64,000 bases of DNA from Squalus acanthias (lineage: Eukaryota), in assembly GCA_030390025.1 (NCBI GenBank), contig CM059432.1:149050001-149114000 (forward strand), read 5' to 3'. Positions within the stretch are counted from its first letter, which is position 1. Each line of letters opens with the position of its first letter. The position numbers and the translations under genes are program-made. The notes beneath the pieces are model-generated. The model saw only the letters and a program-made list of their open reading frames with translations. It made no database searches and had not been told where the DNA came from. Shown here piece by piece: positions 46,555-60,464 of this stretch.

Positions 46555-49340
46555 GGGGAGGGGAGGTGAAAATTTGTGTTCGCCAGCAGTTAACGGCCGC
46601 TGAAGCAATACAAAAGAAAATGCAGTGAATCAATACATTTTTCAGCCCTTTCTGCCTTTTAAGAAATATTCAACATTTAGAAGAAGTTCCAAATGTGAAT
46701 ATTCAGCTGTTAAAGCTGAATTACCTTCCTAACCTCAACAAATGGGGAAAAACTGCCTCAGCACCAACACAAATGACTCAGCAAACCAGGGAAGGGCACC
46801 CAGGCTCTTTCACGCAGCACTGCAGCTTTGTGCATGGGGTCAACACTGCAAGAGCAGGAGGCCCTCCAGAAAGGACGATGTGGAAGTACATCACTAAGTC
46901 CGTCACTGCTAGCAGTGTCGCCCCCACCACCTGGCTCCAGTGTCCAAAGAAGCTTCATGACCTCCAGACCACTGGTCAAGGTCAGTGAATGCATCTTCAA
47001 AAGCCGTCTCCTACCAACTGCACCATTAGCCTCACACATTGCTCAATGCACAACCCTCACTCACTGACTTACCAACAATCTGCACCAATGAAAGGGAAAT
47101 CGTGTTTGACAAATCTGTGTTTTGAGGTTGTAACTGGCAGAATAGATAAGGGGGAACCAGTGGATGTGGTGTATTTGGATTTTCAGAAGACATTCGATAA
47201 GGTGCCACACGAGGTTATGAAACAAAATTAGGGCTCATGGGATTGGGGGTAATATACTAGCATGGATTGAGGATTGGTTAACGGACAGAAAACAGAGAGT
47301 AGGAATAAACGGGTCATTTTCGGGTTGGCAGGCTGTAACTAGTGGGGTACCGCAAGGATCAGTGCTTGGGCCTCAGCTATTCCCAATCTACATCAATGAT
47401 TTGAATGAGGGGACCAAATGTAATATATCCAAATTTGCTGATGATACAAAGCTGGGTGGAAATATAAGTTGTGAGGAGGCTTCAAGAGGATATAGACAGG
47501 CTAAATGAGTGGGCAAGAACATGGCAAATGGAATATAATGTGGAGAAATGTGAAATTATCCACTTTGGTAGGAAAAATAGAAAAGTAGTGTATTTTCTAA
47601 ATGGAGAGAGATTGGGAAATGTTGGTGTTCAGAGGGACCTGGGTGTCCTTGTACACAAATCACTGGAAGTTAACATGCAGGTACAGCAAGCAATTAGGAA
47701 AGCAAATGGTATGTTGGCCTTTATTACAAGAGGATTTGAGTATAAGAGTAAAGACGTCTTACTGTAATGACTGGTGAGACCACACCCGGAGTATTGTGTA
47801 CAGTTTTGGTTTCCTTACCCAAGGAAGGATATACTTGCCAGAGAGGGAGTGCAACAAAGGTTCAGCAGACTAATTCATGGGATGGGGGGGAGCCGGTGGG
47901 GATTGTCCTGTAAGGAGAGATTGAGTAGACTCGGCCTATACTCTCTAGAGTTTAGAAGAATGAGAGGTGATTTCATTGAAACATATAAAATTCTTACAGG
48001 GCTTGACAGGGTAGATGCAGGGAGGATGTTTCCCCTGGCTGGGGAGTCTAGAACCAGGGGCCACAGTCTCAGAATATGAGAGCGGCCATTTAGGACTGAG
48101 ATGAGGAGAAATTTCTTCACTCAGAGGGTGGTGAATCTTTGGAATTCTCTACCTCAGAGGGCTGTGGAGGCTCAGTCATTGGGTATATTCAAGACAGAGA
48201 TCGATAGATTTTTGAATATTAAGGGAATCAAGGGATATTGGAATAGTGCAGGAAAGTGGAGATGAGGTAGAAGATCAGCCATGATTTTATTGAATGGCGG
48301 AGCAGGCTCGAAGGACCAAATGGCCGACTCCTGCTCCTATTTTTTATGTTCTTATGACGAGGCGCATCTCCCATTCCTAGCCTCACCTCACCCCCTTGGA
48401 GGAGACGGTGCAGGCCATTCTTGGCAGGGGCATGGTTGAGCCCTTGGACAGCGGCGGGGCTGAAAGGATACAAGATGCGGGTATCCTCGTATGTTCTCCT
48501 CCTTCTGGCATGCACCTCTTGCTTTCCCGCCCTCCCATCAGCACCACTCCACCATTGTGCCTTCCTCATTTCACATACCTGCCCAGCCAATGGGACCGCA
48601 GGCAGCTGATTCCCTCCCGGATATTCTGGCCACAAAGGGGCTCTCGGGGATGCATCCTTCCGTCTGATTCCTCCTCTTCGGCTTCCTCCTCCTTTGCGTC
48701 TTTCTCTTCTGCGTCTTCCTCTTCCCTCTGCAAGTGGATGCTGTAAATGTGAAATGACAGCATAAAATGTTGGAGATACTCAGTTGGTCAGGCAGCATAT
48801 CGATTTGATGTGAACTCTTTGTTTTTCTCTCCACGGATGTTGCATGACCTGCTGAGTATTCGCAGCATGTCCTGTCTTCTCAAAGGCCTTCATTTACCAT
48901 CCGAGCCCTTGCAAGCGTCCAGCAGCAATCCCTACACACTAAAAAAAAAACTTGCCCCATCTATTGCAGCAAGCCACCACTTCAATGAAATAAAAATAAC
49001 AAAGTCCAAACCCTAAAATTCAAACTTACCTGAATGATATGTGTGAAGCGCTGCAGACGTTGCTACTGTCAGTCTGCTTACACGCCATGTTAACCTGGCA
49101 TGCTTAGGACCCAGTGCTGAATTCAGCGCCAGGGTCGAAGTTAACGTTGGTGACATTAAGTCGCCGTTGCATGCTGATGTCACCACGCCGCCATTATTTC
49201 TCCCAGGGTGCTACCAGTTACCGGCAGCGCAAAAGGAGGGAGAAATTTGGCGGCCGTCGCGGAACCCGCCACCAGCTGGCGAAAGAGCGGCGGCTGCCAT
49301 TTTATCGCCATTTCATGGTGCTACGGAGTGTTGGCAAGTA
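46555..49340. mobile_element. Harbinger remnant (Myb exon 1 on +, transposase pieces on -) split by a CR1
   Basis: TTWLQCPKKLHDL followed by the same GTCAAG|GTCAGTGAATGCATCTTCAAA donor as 16644. Acidic transposase-like C-terminus on - at ~48560-48740. Confidence 0.55.
47087..48356 (+). mobile_element. CR1 5'-truncated copy
   Basis: [39 protein letters not shown], complete tail. Confidence 0.92.
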
Positions 49341-52300
49341 GATGAATTTCTAGCTCTGTGTTTTTATATTCTATGTAAAGGTGCTGTAGAATATTTGATC
49401 TGGGAGTGCTTGATGGTGACAGTACGGGGAAATAGAAAACTGTTGAATTGTTTTGCGCTGACATCCATCTTTAAAAATAAAATAATGTGTATGAAGTGAC
49501 ATTTATGGTACTAGCTTCACAGTCCAATAATCAAATCTGCCTGAGCGCAAAGAAAAGCATATGTGTCTGTGTAGTGTTACTGGGGCAAGGAAATTTGAGG
49601 TTGTTGAAATGAAATTGTTATGTAAGAATGCTTCTTTCAGGTTTTTATGAAGGTACTTAAACAGTTTACCACTTGATTTGGTTTCATAAAACAGTTCTGT
49701 CCTGTAATTTCAGTTAATTGGTTTTAGTAAATCTTCACAACAGCTTGTCTGTATCGGGGTAGCTCCTAAAGTACAGTACATCTGATTTTAACTTTCTTAC
49801 CTTTTTGCCAGAGATATTACAATTGCAGATTGAGCTCCTATGCAGTTTATAATAATAACTCTGTATTTGAGACAGAGGGATCTAGTCTTTTGTCTTTGCA
49901 TGGATGAGTATCATGCAGCCTTGGGGGCTACGTATAAAGTTTAAATCCCTGTTAACATTAATATGCAGATATCTCAAACTGCCGATGGTAGCAGATCTTG
50001 GATATTCGATATAGCCACCAATGAGGCAGCGGCACTACAGGCAGCCCTTTCTAAACCTTAAGGCCCAAAAAATTCAAACAAGACAAACCAATCAATAAGA
50101 CATATAATATGACTCAGTTGTTTGGGCTTTGAGAGTCAGATGGACGGGGCTTGGAGCCACAGGTTAGACAAACCCCCCATTAAGGTATTCATTTAAATCA
50201 GTAATCATGGCCTACTCAGTAGGTGTTAGTTAATCAGATTAATTATACTGGGGGTGGGTGGGGAGCAACACTTTCTGCCTAAAATTTTGTTGAAATTGAC
50301 CAAGTTTAGACATGCTTGATTTACAATGAATAAGGATCTATCTTGGCCACTAAGTTCATGAGTAAACCTGATTTGTTTTTATCTGTTGCATTCAATTAAA
50401 ATATTTTCTTCAAGACTGTTTTGTTACATGTCTTTTTTTGAGTGATTCCAAGTCTCTCTTTTTCCTGCCCAAATTTCTTTCCTCTTCTGAAGGCATTGAC
50501 TGTTTGCGTTGTGGTTCAACAGGCCCAGGTCACCTGCTGATACCAGACACATATAGCCTGTCTTCTTGCATGAACCGAGATACTGACTGTTGATATGCTA
50601 TTTGATTTTGGAGGGCGTAAGAATTGAGGACAGTCCTGTTCTCCGCTGATGTCCACATGCACGCAATTTGTGCAAAGGTCATTGAATAACATATGGGTGC
50701 AAGAAGCCTAGCTCTGTTTTCTCCCTCCTTAGCCTAAGGGCACAAAGGTCAGTTGTAACATCCCACTTGCTGCCCTGGCTGAAATCAGCTGACTTAACAT
50801 AGACCACAGTTTGAACTTCGGACCTTCCAGCCTGCATGGTTTTATGCTAAACTGGGCGTTCAGGGGAGCTGAATTTCTGTTTCTCGTTGCTAATACTTTG
50901 AAGAACAATCCCCCCAAAAATTTAAACAGCTGGTTAATTGCAGCTTCAAAAGCATGGAATGCTCTGGGTGAGAGAAAAAAATCATTTCTATCCTTGAAAA
51001 TGAAGTTGGTGTCTCTGATAGAAACATGATTGTGTTATCTGAGGAGCTGATGAGTCAGGCAGGTTGCTGAGGGAGGCTTGGCTTTTCATACTTCGAGTTC
51101 TATAGATAGAAGTGAAAACAGAATATTCAGCTGCTGGGTTCAGAGTAATGCCTAACGAGATGAGCCTTTTGGAGGGATGACAGGTGCAGCCTACAGTTGG
51201 GCTAATTTGTGTATAAAAGTTAGCCCTGGGTCAACTCTAGGGCAAAGGAGCCAATATGTATGAGAAATCTAATGCTGGCAGCAGTAGATGTAGGGCCATT
51301 TATTATAGTTTTGTTCATTAAAGCCAGCTGATGTGAAGGTGGACTAGCACAACTTTACTTTTTGAACATGAGGGAATTTTAACATGGTGCATTTAAATAA
51401 ATACTATGGCTCATAATTTGTGGTCAGCGGCAAAGCTAAGGCGTTTGCCGCTGACCTCGAAGAAAGCGGCCTACAGATCGTGCTGTCTCTGTAGCGAAAA
51501 CTTGAGGTTTCTCTGTGTAATTGATTGCAGCGCTATGAATAGGGGATTCCAAGAGCAACGCAGCAGTGATGTCGTTAAACTGTCTAAGCAGCCAATCACA
51601 TTTAAGGATTCGCACAGACAGCAAACCAGGAAATAAAAACCAGCTTTTATCTGCAACTTTTAAAAATGTTAAAGAGCGAAATAAAGATTGGGACTTTCAC
51701 ATGGGGATAAAGTAGAAGCTGAAATATCATGAACAAACTTCAATTTTTTAAAAATTTGTAATTTTTATCATAATGGAGAAATTTGACATTCCAAAAGTAT
51801 AAAAATTAGTTTTTCAGGGCCAGAACAGTTGTTTAGCAGTCAATACACTGTTAAAACCCCAGTTACACCTATCCCAACAAGGCTTAACATTTAATGGGGT
51901 GTTTAAGATGTAAGATGTATGGCACAGTATTTATAGAAAATATGAGCTTATTTCCCAGAGATGCTGTGTAAATCAAAATGCTTCGAAGTTGGGGTGTTTC
52001 AAGTGTGAAACGTGTTTTTTTTCAGCAGAGTCTTTGTTTCTGTTGGCATGTTGGAAGTGGTGATACTGTGTATCAGATTTTTGCTTGCATGCAATTAGCT
52101 GACTAATGGTTGCTATATCGATAATGCAGAATTTGCATTTCATCTGTTCTAAGGAAATTAGAGTGGCAAGTGGTGGAGACGTTATGGATTTTAGTGCTGT
52201 TTGCTTTCAGTTGCTGTAGGGTTGCTGGTTAAGAGAAGTACAGAAAACCTGAGTCACTGCATGTGAGCTACTTCAACATCAGAAGGCAGTCAACTTGATT

Positions 52301-52429
52301 GACGTGACTGAGCTTGTAGATTTGGCTAGACAGGTGCCGTAGAATTCCTAGCCAGAGAAGTGTAAAGGTTTTATTTGTTGCTGTTAGTCAGACATTGCAG
52401 AATAGTGAGAAAATTTAAATCTCTAACTG

Positions 52430-55400
52430 GTATTCAGAATACTGGTGAGGACGATGGTTCCTCTGGGAAGTACTGCCGGAGCCCAGTCCACGTCACCATG
52501 GGTGGCTCATCTGCACAGCGGGGGTTGGGGAGCGGGGGTTGAAGGGAAATAGAGGAAGCTCAGGAAAGAAATAGTGACGGGATTCAATAGTTTGGGGATC
52601 AGACAGGCGTTTCTGCGGCTGCAGACATGACTCCAGGATGATATGTTGCCTCCCTGGTGCCAGGGTCAAGGATGTCACTGAGCGGCTGCAGGATATTCTG
52701 AGGTGGGAGGGTGAACAGCCAGAGGTCCATATCGGTACCAGTGACAGAGGTAGAAAGAGGTTCTGCAGGCACATTTTATGGCGCTTGGAAAGAGATTAAT
52801 AAGCAGGACCTCAAAGGTAGTAATCTCTTTTACTGCCGGTGCCACACACTAGTGAGTACAGAAATAGGAAGATAGAGCAGATGAATGCGTGGCTGGAGAG
52901 ATGGTGCAGGAGGGAGGGCTTCAGATTCCTGAGGCATTGGAACCGGTTTTGGGGAAGTGGGATCTGTACAGGCCGGCCGGGTTGCACCTCAACGGGGCCA
53001 GGACCAATACCCTCACGGGGAGGTTTGCTAGTACTGTTGGGGAGGGTTTAAACTAGCTTGGCAGGGGGATGGGAACCTGAGCATAGATTCAGAAGGGAGA
53101 GAAGCAAAACTGGAAATGGAAGGCAGACAATGAGTAAACGTGTTTGGAAGGCAGAGGAAACAAAGGCTAGAAAATAGACAACGAAGGGGTTTGGCAGTGC
53201 TTAATGGTGTATACTTCAATGCAAGGAGTCTAGTGAAGGGCACAGATAGACACATGGAAGTATGATATCATAGCTATTACTGAAACATGACTGAAAGGTG
53301 GTCAGGAATGGCAGCTAAACATTCCTTGTGATAGGGTTTTCAGACGAGATAGCAAGGGTGATAAAAAAGGAGGAGGGTTGCAATATTCGTTAAAGAAATA
53401 ATTACAGCTGTGAGGAGGGATGATATGTTAGAAGGATCATCAAATGAGGCCATATGGGTTGAACTGAAGAAAGAAAAAGGGGCAATCACACTGCTGGGAG
53501 AGTACTTTCGACCCCCAAATCGTCAGCGGGAGATAGAAGAGCAAATATGTAGGCACATTTCTGAGAAGTGCAAAAACAATAGGGCAGTAATAGTAGGAGA
53601 TTTGAACTACCCTAATATTAACTGGGATCGAATCAGTGTGAAAGGTATAGAGGGTGCCGAATTCTTAAAATGCATTCAGGAGAACTTTTTTAGTCTGTAC
53701 GTAGCCAGCCCAACAAGAGAGGGGGTGGTTCTGGACTTAGTTTTAGGCAAATAAGCTGGACAGGTAAAGAGGTATCAGTGGAAGAGCATTTTGGTGGCAG
53801 TGATCATAATTCAGTTAGATTTAGCGTAGTAATGGAAAAGGATGATGATCGACCAGGAGTAAAAGTTCTCAATTGGGGAAAGGGCAGTTTTACTAAGCTG
53901 AGATGTGATTGAGCAAAAGTGGACTGGAAACAGCTACTTGAAGGTAAATTAGTGTCAGAGCAGTGGGAGGCATTCAAGGAGGAGATAGTGAGGGTTCAGA
54001 ACATGTGCCCACAAAGAAAAAGGGTGGGCCTTCTAAATCTAGAGCCGCCTGGATGTCGTGGGGTATACAGGGTGGGACAAGGCAAAAAGGGAAGCTTATT
54101 TCAGATACTGACAGCTAAATACTGCAGAAAGCAGAGAGGAGTATAGAAAGTGCAGGGGTGAAATAAAAAGGACATTAGGAAAGCCAAGAGAGGGCATGAA
54201 AAAATATTGGCAAGTAAAAGCAAAGAAAACCCAAAGATGTTTGAAAGTACATATAGCAAGAGGATAACTGAAGAAAGAATAGGGCCTCTTTGAGACCAAA
54301 AAGGTAACCTGTGTGTTGAGGTGGTAGATGTGGGTGTGGTTCTTCATAGATACTTTGCGTCTGTCTTCACAAAAGAGAGGGATGATGCAGACATTGTAGT
54401 TGAGGAGTGTGAAATATTGGATGAGTTAAACATAGTGAGAGAGGAAATATTAAGGGGTTCAGCATCTTCAAAAGTAGATAAATCGCCAGGTCCGAATGAA
54501 ATGTATCCCAGGCTGTTAAGAGAAGTGAAGGAGGAAATAGTCGAGTCTCTGACCATCATTTGAATCCAAAATTGGCTCAGTGGCAGGAAGCAAAGGGTAA
54601 TGGTTGCTAGGTGTTTTTGTGACACCAAGGTTGTTTCCAGAGGGGTTCCGCAGGGCTCAGTAATAGGTCCTTTGCTTTGTGTGGTATATATCAGTGATTT
54701 AGACTTCAGTGTAGGGGGGGCATGATTAAGAAGTTTGCACATGATACAAAAATTGGCCGTGTGGTTGAGAGTGAGGAAGAAAGCTGTAGACTGCAGGAAG
54801 ATATCAATGGACTGGTCAGGTGGGCAGAAAAGTGGCAAATGGAATTCAATCCGGAGAAGTGTGAGGTAATGCATTTGGGGAGGGCTAACAAAGCAAGGGA
54901 ATACACAATAAATGGTAGGATACTGAGAAATGTGGAGGAACAGAGGGTGTCCATAGATCCCTGAAGGTTGCAGACAAGTAGATAAGGTGGTTAAGAAGGC
55001 ATACGGGATGCTTTCCTTTATTAACCGAGGCATAGAATACAAGAGCAGAGAGGTTATGCTTGAACTGTATAAAACACTAGTTAGGCCGCAGCTAGAGTAC
55101 TGTGTACAGTTCTGGTCACCACATTACAGGAAAGATGTGATTGCACTAGAGAGGGTACAGAGGAGATTTACGAGGATGTTGCCAGGACTGGAGAATTTGA
55201 GCGACGAGTAAAGATTGGATAGGCTGGGATTGTTTTCTTTGGAACAGAGGAGGCTGAGGGGTGACTTAATTGAGGTGTATAAAATTATGGCGTGATTATT
55301 TGCACTGCATTTTTGGCGCTCTCTGCTCATGGGCACCCGTTTGGTATTGTGCATTCACACTCTATCCGGTCACGCATGCACAGTATGCTATGGCTGTGGC

Positions 55401-56600
55401 CTGCACCGCCGCACTTTCCTCGGCTCTGTGCATAGACGGTCAGGGGATCCGTTGGTGGCCATGGAGGGAGAGGGGATTGAAGGGGCAGGGCTACGAGAGG
55501 ATTGGATGGCGGGGTGGGGGTGGGGGGGGGGAGTTGAGAGAAGAGGGCATCAGAGGTGGGGGAGGGAGGAGAGGGGATTGAAGGGGGTCGGGGGTGGGGG
55601 GTCGGAGGAGAGGGTGAGAACAGTGGGGATGGGGCAAGAACATGATCCAGATCTAAAGGTGGGGTGGGGAGATAAGAGCGAGGATGGATCACGTTCTCTT
55701 CCCCCCCCCCCCCCCCCACTGTTACACATGGATCACGTTTTTCCAACTGCACACCCTTCACACCCGCACCACCTTCTCCTTTTCCTCTTCCTTGACCTGG
55801 TTGATTTCTTGGCAAGTGACATAATTGGATTGGACGAAATCCAGAAGTCATGACACTGTCACTATTCACTTCATACCCAATAAACCTATTAACAATCTGT
55901 GACCCACACACATGCCCCATCTATTTGGCGCGGGGGGCGGCGTGGAGAAGGTGAGGAACTTGTTGGGCGACGGGAGAGAAGGTCAGGAATTTGTTGCAGG
56001 GGAGAAGGTCAGGAACTTGTTTGGGGAAGGTGGGGAAGAAGGTCCTACTCTGCGAGGGTGAGCCCTGTCTGTTCTCTGAAAGCAGCACTGTGAGCTCTGT
56101 CTGGAGCCTGGCAGTCAGAATGAATGGATCAAATTACACTTTGCAAAGTACTTGATTACTCAGGCAGGCAGGATCTAATTACACATTTCAAACAAACTGC
56201 TGGGTGTATCTTGTCCTCCAAGGGAACCAATCAGAACTTTGGTGTTGCAAATACACACTACCATAAAATTATGAGGGTCCTCAATAGAGTGGGTAGGAAG
56301 GACCTATTTCCCTAAGAGAGGTCAATAACCAGGGCATAGATTTAAAGTAATTGGCAGAAGGATTAGAGGGGAGTTGAGAATCTTTTTCACCCAGAGGGTG
56401 GTGGGGGTCTGGAACTCACTGCCTGAAAGGGTGGTAGAGGCAGAAACCCTCATCACATTTAAAAAGTACTTGGATAGGCACTTGAAGTGCCGTAACCTAC
56501 AGGGCAACGGACCAAGAGCTGGAAAGCGGGATTAGGCCGGCTAGCTCATTTTCGGCCAGCACAGACATGATGGGTTGAATGGCCTACCTCTGTGCTGTAC
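52430..56600 (+). mobile_element. Long CR1 copy (ORF1 esterase to tail) with an internal deletion and an insertion at 55289-56262
   Basis: ORF1 LPGARVKDV, ORF2 EAIWVEL..RPPN..GDLNYP, KSPGPNEMYPR, jump from ~54560 to RT GVPQGS, tail ~56590. Confidence 0.9.
55289..56262. mobile_element. Unclassified DNA-transposon-like insertion with a 10-11 bp TSD
   Basis: CR1 sequence ATAAAATTAT(G) duplicated at 55279 and 56263. Termini GGCGTGATTATTTGCA / TGCAAATACACACTACC. Confidence 0.7.
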
Positions 56601-56894
56601 ATTTTTATGATTCTATGAAGTACAGTGGTGATTATTACAATGCAAGAGACTGTTAAGTGTATATCTGTATTGTATGCACTACAGCTGTAGACCATTTCAT
56701 GTATATTCTCTCTCAGCAGATTACTGTATCTGGTGAAGGCTAATGTATTCTTTGCTCATTTGACAATCATGGATTTTTGAGAATTGCCTTTAGCTGTATA
56801 ATTAGCCAGCAAATGCTTATGGAATGCTGTATTTAGGAATTTATCTGGTGAGTGCGTGTGCGTGCGTGTCTGCATGTCTCTTGCTGTCTGTGTA

Positions 56895-57571
56895 TGTTGC
56901 TGTCTTGTGTCAGTGGGGGTCGGGGGAGAACTCTCCACTGGCTGGAGATATACCTAGCACAAAGGAAGATGGTTGTGGTTGTTGGAGCCCAATCATCTCA
57001 GCCCCAGGACATCGCTGCAGGAGTTCCTCAGGGCAGTGTCCTAGGCCCAACCATCTTTAGCTGCTTCATCAATGACCTTCCCTCCATCATAAGATCAGAA
57101 GTGGGGATGTTCGCTGATGATTGCAGTGTTCCGTTCCATTCACAACTCCTGAGCAAGACCTGGACGACATTCTGGCTCGGGCTGATAAGTGGCAAGTAAA
57201 ATTTGCGCCACACAAGTGCCAGGCAATGACCATCTCGAATAAGAGTCTAACCACTACCCCTTGACATTCAACGGCATTACCATTGCCGAATCCCCCACCA
57301 TCAACATCCTCGGGTCACCGTTGACCAGAAACTTAACTAGACCAACCACATAAATACTGTGGCTACAAGAGCAAGTCAGACGCTGGGTATTCTGCGGCGA
57401 GTGACTCACCTCCTGACTCCCCAAAGCCTTTCCACCATCTACAAGGCACAAGTCAGGTGTGGGATGGAATACTCTCCACTTGCCTGGATGAGTGCAGCTC
57501 CAACAACACTCAAGAAGTTCGACACTATCCAGGACAAAGCAGCCCACTTCACTGGCACCCCATCCACCACC
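56895..57571 (+). mobile_element. Single-ORF LINE family RT fragment
   Basis: [52 protein letters not shown]. Confidence 0.88.
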
Positions 57572-60464
57572 TGTTCAGGGAGAAATGTTGACCAAGACAT
57601 GAGAACACCATATGGTCATTGAATAATGTCATGGGATTTTTAATGTCTTTCTAGACAGGCAGGCTCAGTTGGTAGCACACTTGCATTGGTCAGAAGGTTT
57701 CCTGGTCCCAAAATGAATAGCCTGCAATTGCCTACTCCGTCAAATACCCAATTCTCTAAGTTATGGAAGCTGGTGTTAACTCTAAGTTTATCCATCGGTT
57801 TGGAAGTTTTGACCTAATCCTTGATGGCTAGTATAGTTTTCAGCATAGCTGTGCTGCTGATCCAGTTATCCATGTTATTCACCCTTGCAGTCAGTTCTTG
57901 AACACTTGGGAAATCTTCTCAAGCCTTTCAGAGGCCTTGGTATTTTGCACAAGCTACCATGATTTTTCCACCAACCAAAGCCATGTACGTGGCTATCTAG
58001 TTTCTTGCATCACTATCTATGTTGTAGTTGATCACTCATCCTCTGAGTCTTTTTCCATTATTTGATTGTGTCCTTGCAGCTTATTCCAACTCTTGTTTGT
58101 TCTTCATTCCAATGACCCCTACTCATAAGTCAGCCTATCCATTGATGATTTCACGTTACATTTATGAATATTCTTGAAATTGCTCACCCTTATTCCATGA
58201 AGCTTCCATTGTGCAATAGCTGATTTACTACATTTTGATCTCCATTATGTCCTTTGGGAAATTGCATTCTTTTTTCTTTCACTTCTTCAAAGACACTGCT
58301 TATCTGTTCTCCAGTATAACCAGTAGATATCACCTCTTAGTTCAATGGTTTCATCCTTAGTCCTTCACTACTGGCAGCTCTGGTGTTGGGATCACTGTTG
58401 ACCTCAAACAGAACTCCAACAGCTCCTCCATCACGAATGTTCTCTTCGAGAAGCGTGGTTTCTCTGTTTGAGTTACACTTTTTCCCTTAACTCTGTAAAG
58501 CTTAACTCTTTCCGAGACTTGAACTCTGCCTCCATATCTGGTAATGCGCTCCTGGGTTTGTGTGTGAGTGCGCGCTTGTGCATGGTCATGCTGTATGCTC
58601 CTTTTCCTTCTCTTATATCTGCACTATTCAAATATCAGTGCCACCACAGAGACTTGTGATTGTGACCCAGCATTAGCAGGCTTCTGCTACTGGTTTGAAC
58701 TGATGTGCTGTCGTTGATCCATGAAATTTCAGCAAAGGTTGGGCAATGTTCTGCCCCCCACTCCCCCTGGTTAACTTTTCCCCCTCCTTTCTACTGAAAG
58801 TGTTGACTACTTGCCATGACCTGGTTCTGCTGTTACCAGTTGCCCTGGCTACCTTACTAAAGGACCATTATTTATGTGAGTCTTTGCTATTGGCAAGCTA
58901 TTTACTGCACAATGTGATACTTCCAGCCGCGTCTCTCTCTAGCATTTTGGGGTGGCAACCATGATTTTCCTCCCACTCACTGACCTAGAGGCACTGAGCT
59001 CAATTGTTATGCCCCTAACCCCAGCTCTGATCATGGCTGAGATTGTTTAACTGAGCACAGAACAGGAATTGAATCTGGGGTGTTGGCCTGATTCTCTCTT
59101 TGGCGGGCGGCGCGGGGTGGAATTCTAATGATTGCTGGAGCTCTGTAATATATTTTCTGTTGGTCCTTTATGTACTGCTCTATCACTCTATAGAATTTCA
59201 GTTCCATCCACTGCCCAACACTTGCAACTTTACCATCCATGACTATTTATGTTGAAATTGGACTGACTTGCATGGGAACAGATCTCACACATGTTGATTG
59301 CTACTTCTGTTGGGATGTTACATGAGCACATGCTCCTCCCATTGCTACAGCCACACTTTACTATATTAAAAAAGTTTTTTTAACTATCATCAGTAGAATA
59401 AATGCCACACTGTTCCTTTGCTTGCCCATATGATGTGAGTTTAGAAATTATATTGCTGTTCCATAGTTAACTTTCTTTACACAAAGGTAGACACTAAAAA
59501 TGGCTCTCAATGAGATACAGAGTAAATGTATCCCTTGCTTCATTTGCTGAACTTGTTATAGTGAGGATCAAGAGTTCACCCTTTTGTGCAGGTTGCTGGC
59601 TTTGTGTTTAAAACTCTGATGTGACTAGATAATCTGCATATTACAGAAACTGATTTATCATTTGGCATGAAAGGTAATTTTGTTAGATTTTTCAGGGTTG
59701 GGTATCTTAACCTACGAGTTGATCTTTTGCCAGACATAATTATGGACCAATGTGGAACACTTCACCTTTACAGCAAGATATTCAACACCATTATAGATCT
59801 AGTGCTTCCCCCTACCCACTTGTACGTGTGCCTTATTAAACACAGATGAAGTGAAAGTCATTAATCTTTTTGCTGTAAAATATTAAAAACAAAGGTTTGA
59901 CACAATCAAGAATTCTAATTAAGCTGCTTGAAATAACACTCAAATTGTGCCAGTTAGTCTTCTGGGAGACCTGACATTGGCTGAGCTTGTATGTAACAGT
60001 GTGATACTCATTAAACTGTGCATACTGTTGGCCTATCTTATGAAGTTGTTTTCAAGAATGAGCAATTGGATATCACACTGCCTGCCATTCATGTCCCCGC
60101 ACATGCAGCACACACAAAGACACGCATACGAAGTTCTGCTTCCTTAAGGGGGAGAGAGCGTAAGAGGAGGATATAATGATTTAGTTACTTGTTGAATTCA
60201 TCTCTTCCAGATCATCGAACCATTTTTATAATTAACACTGGTTGTCTGAAGCTCTATCTCTCCCTCCTAACCAGGATCATTATGGCTAAAACATGTGGCT
60301 GATTGCATCAGTACAAGATAATTACAGCTAAGAAAGGCTATTTGGCTCCCCTTAATGCATCCATCCAGAATTTAATTCTAAGGTTCCCCCATTGTGGTAT
60401 TCAAATGTTTCTTAAGCGGATCTAAGGTATTCACTTATATTACTCCTGAAGAACTTACATGCAA

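Noticed and set aside
48755..48880. Another Penelope hammerhead
   Set aside because: Only degraded inverted flanking arms remain, with no CTGANGA/GAAA core.
57700..58500. Possible highly degraded L1/Tx1-type LINE on the minus strand (also 44150-44900)
   Set aside because: Composition is suggestive but I could not read diagnostic motifs.
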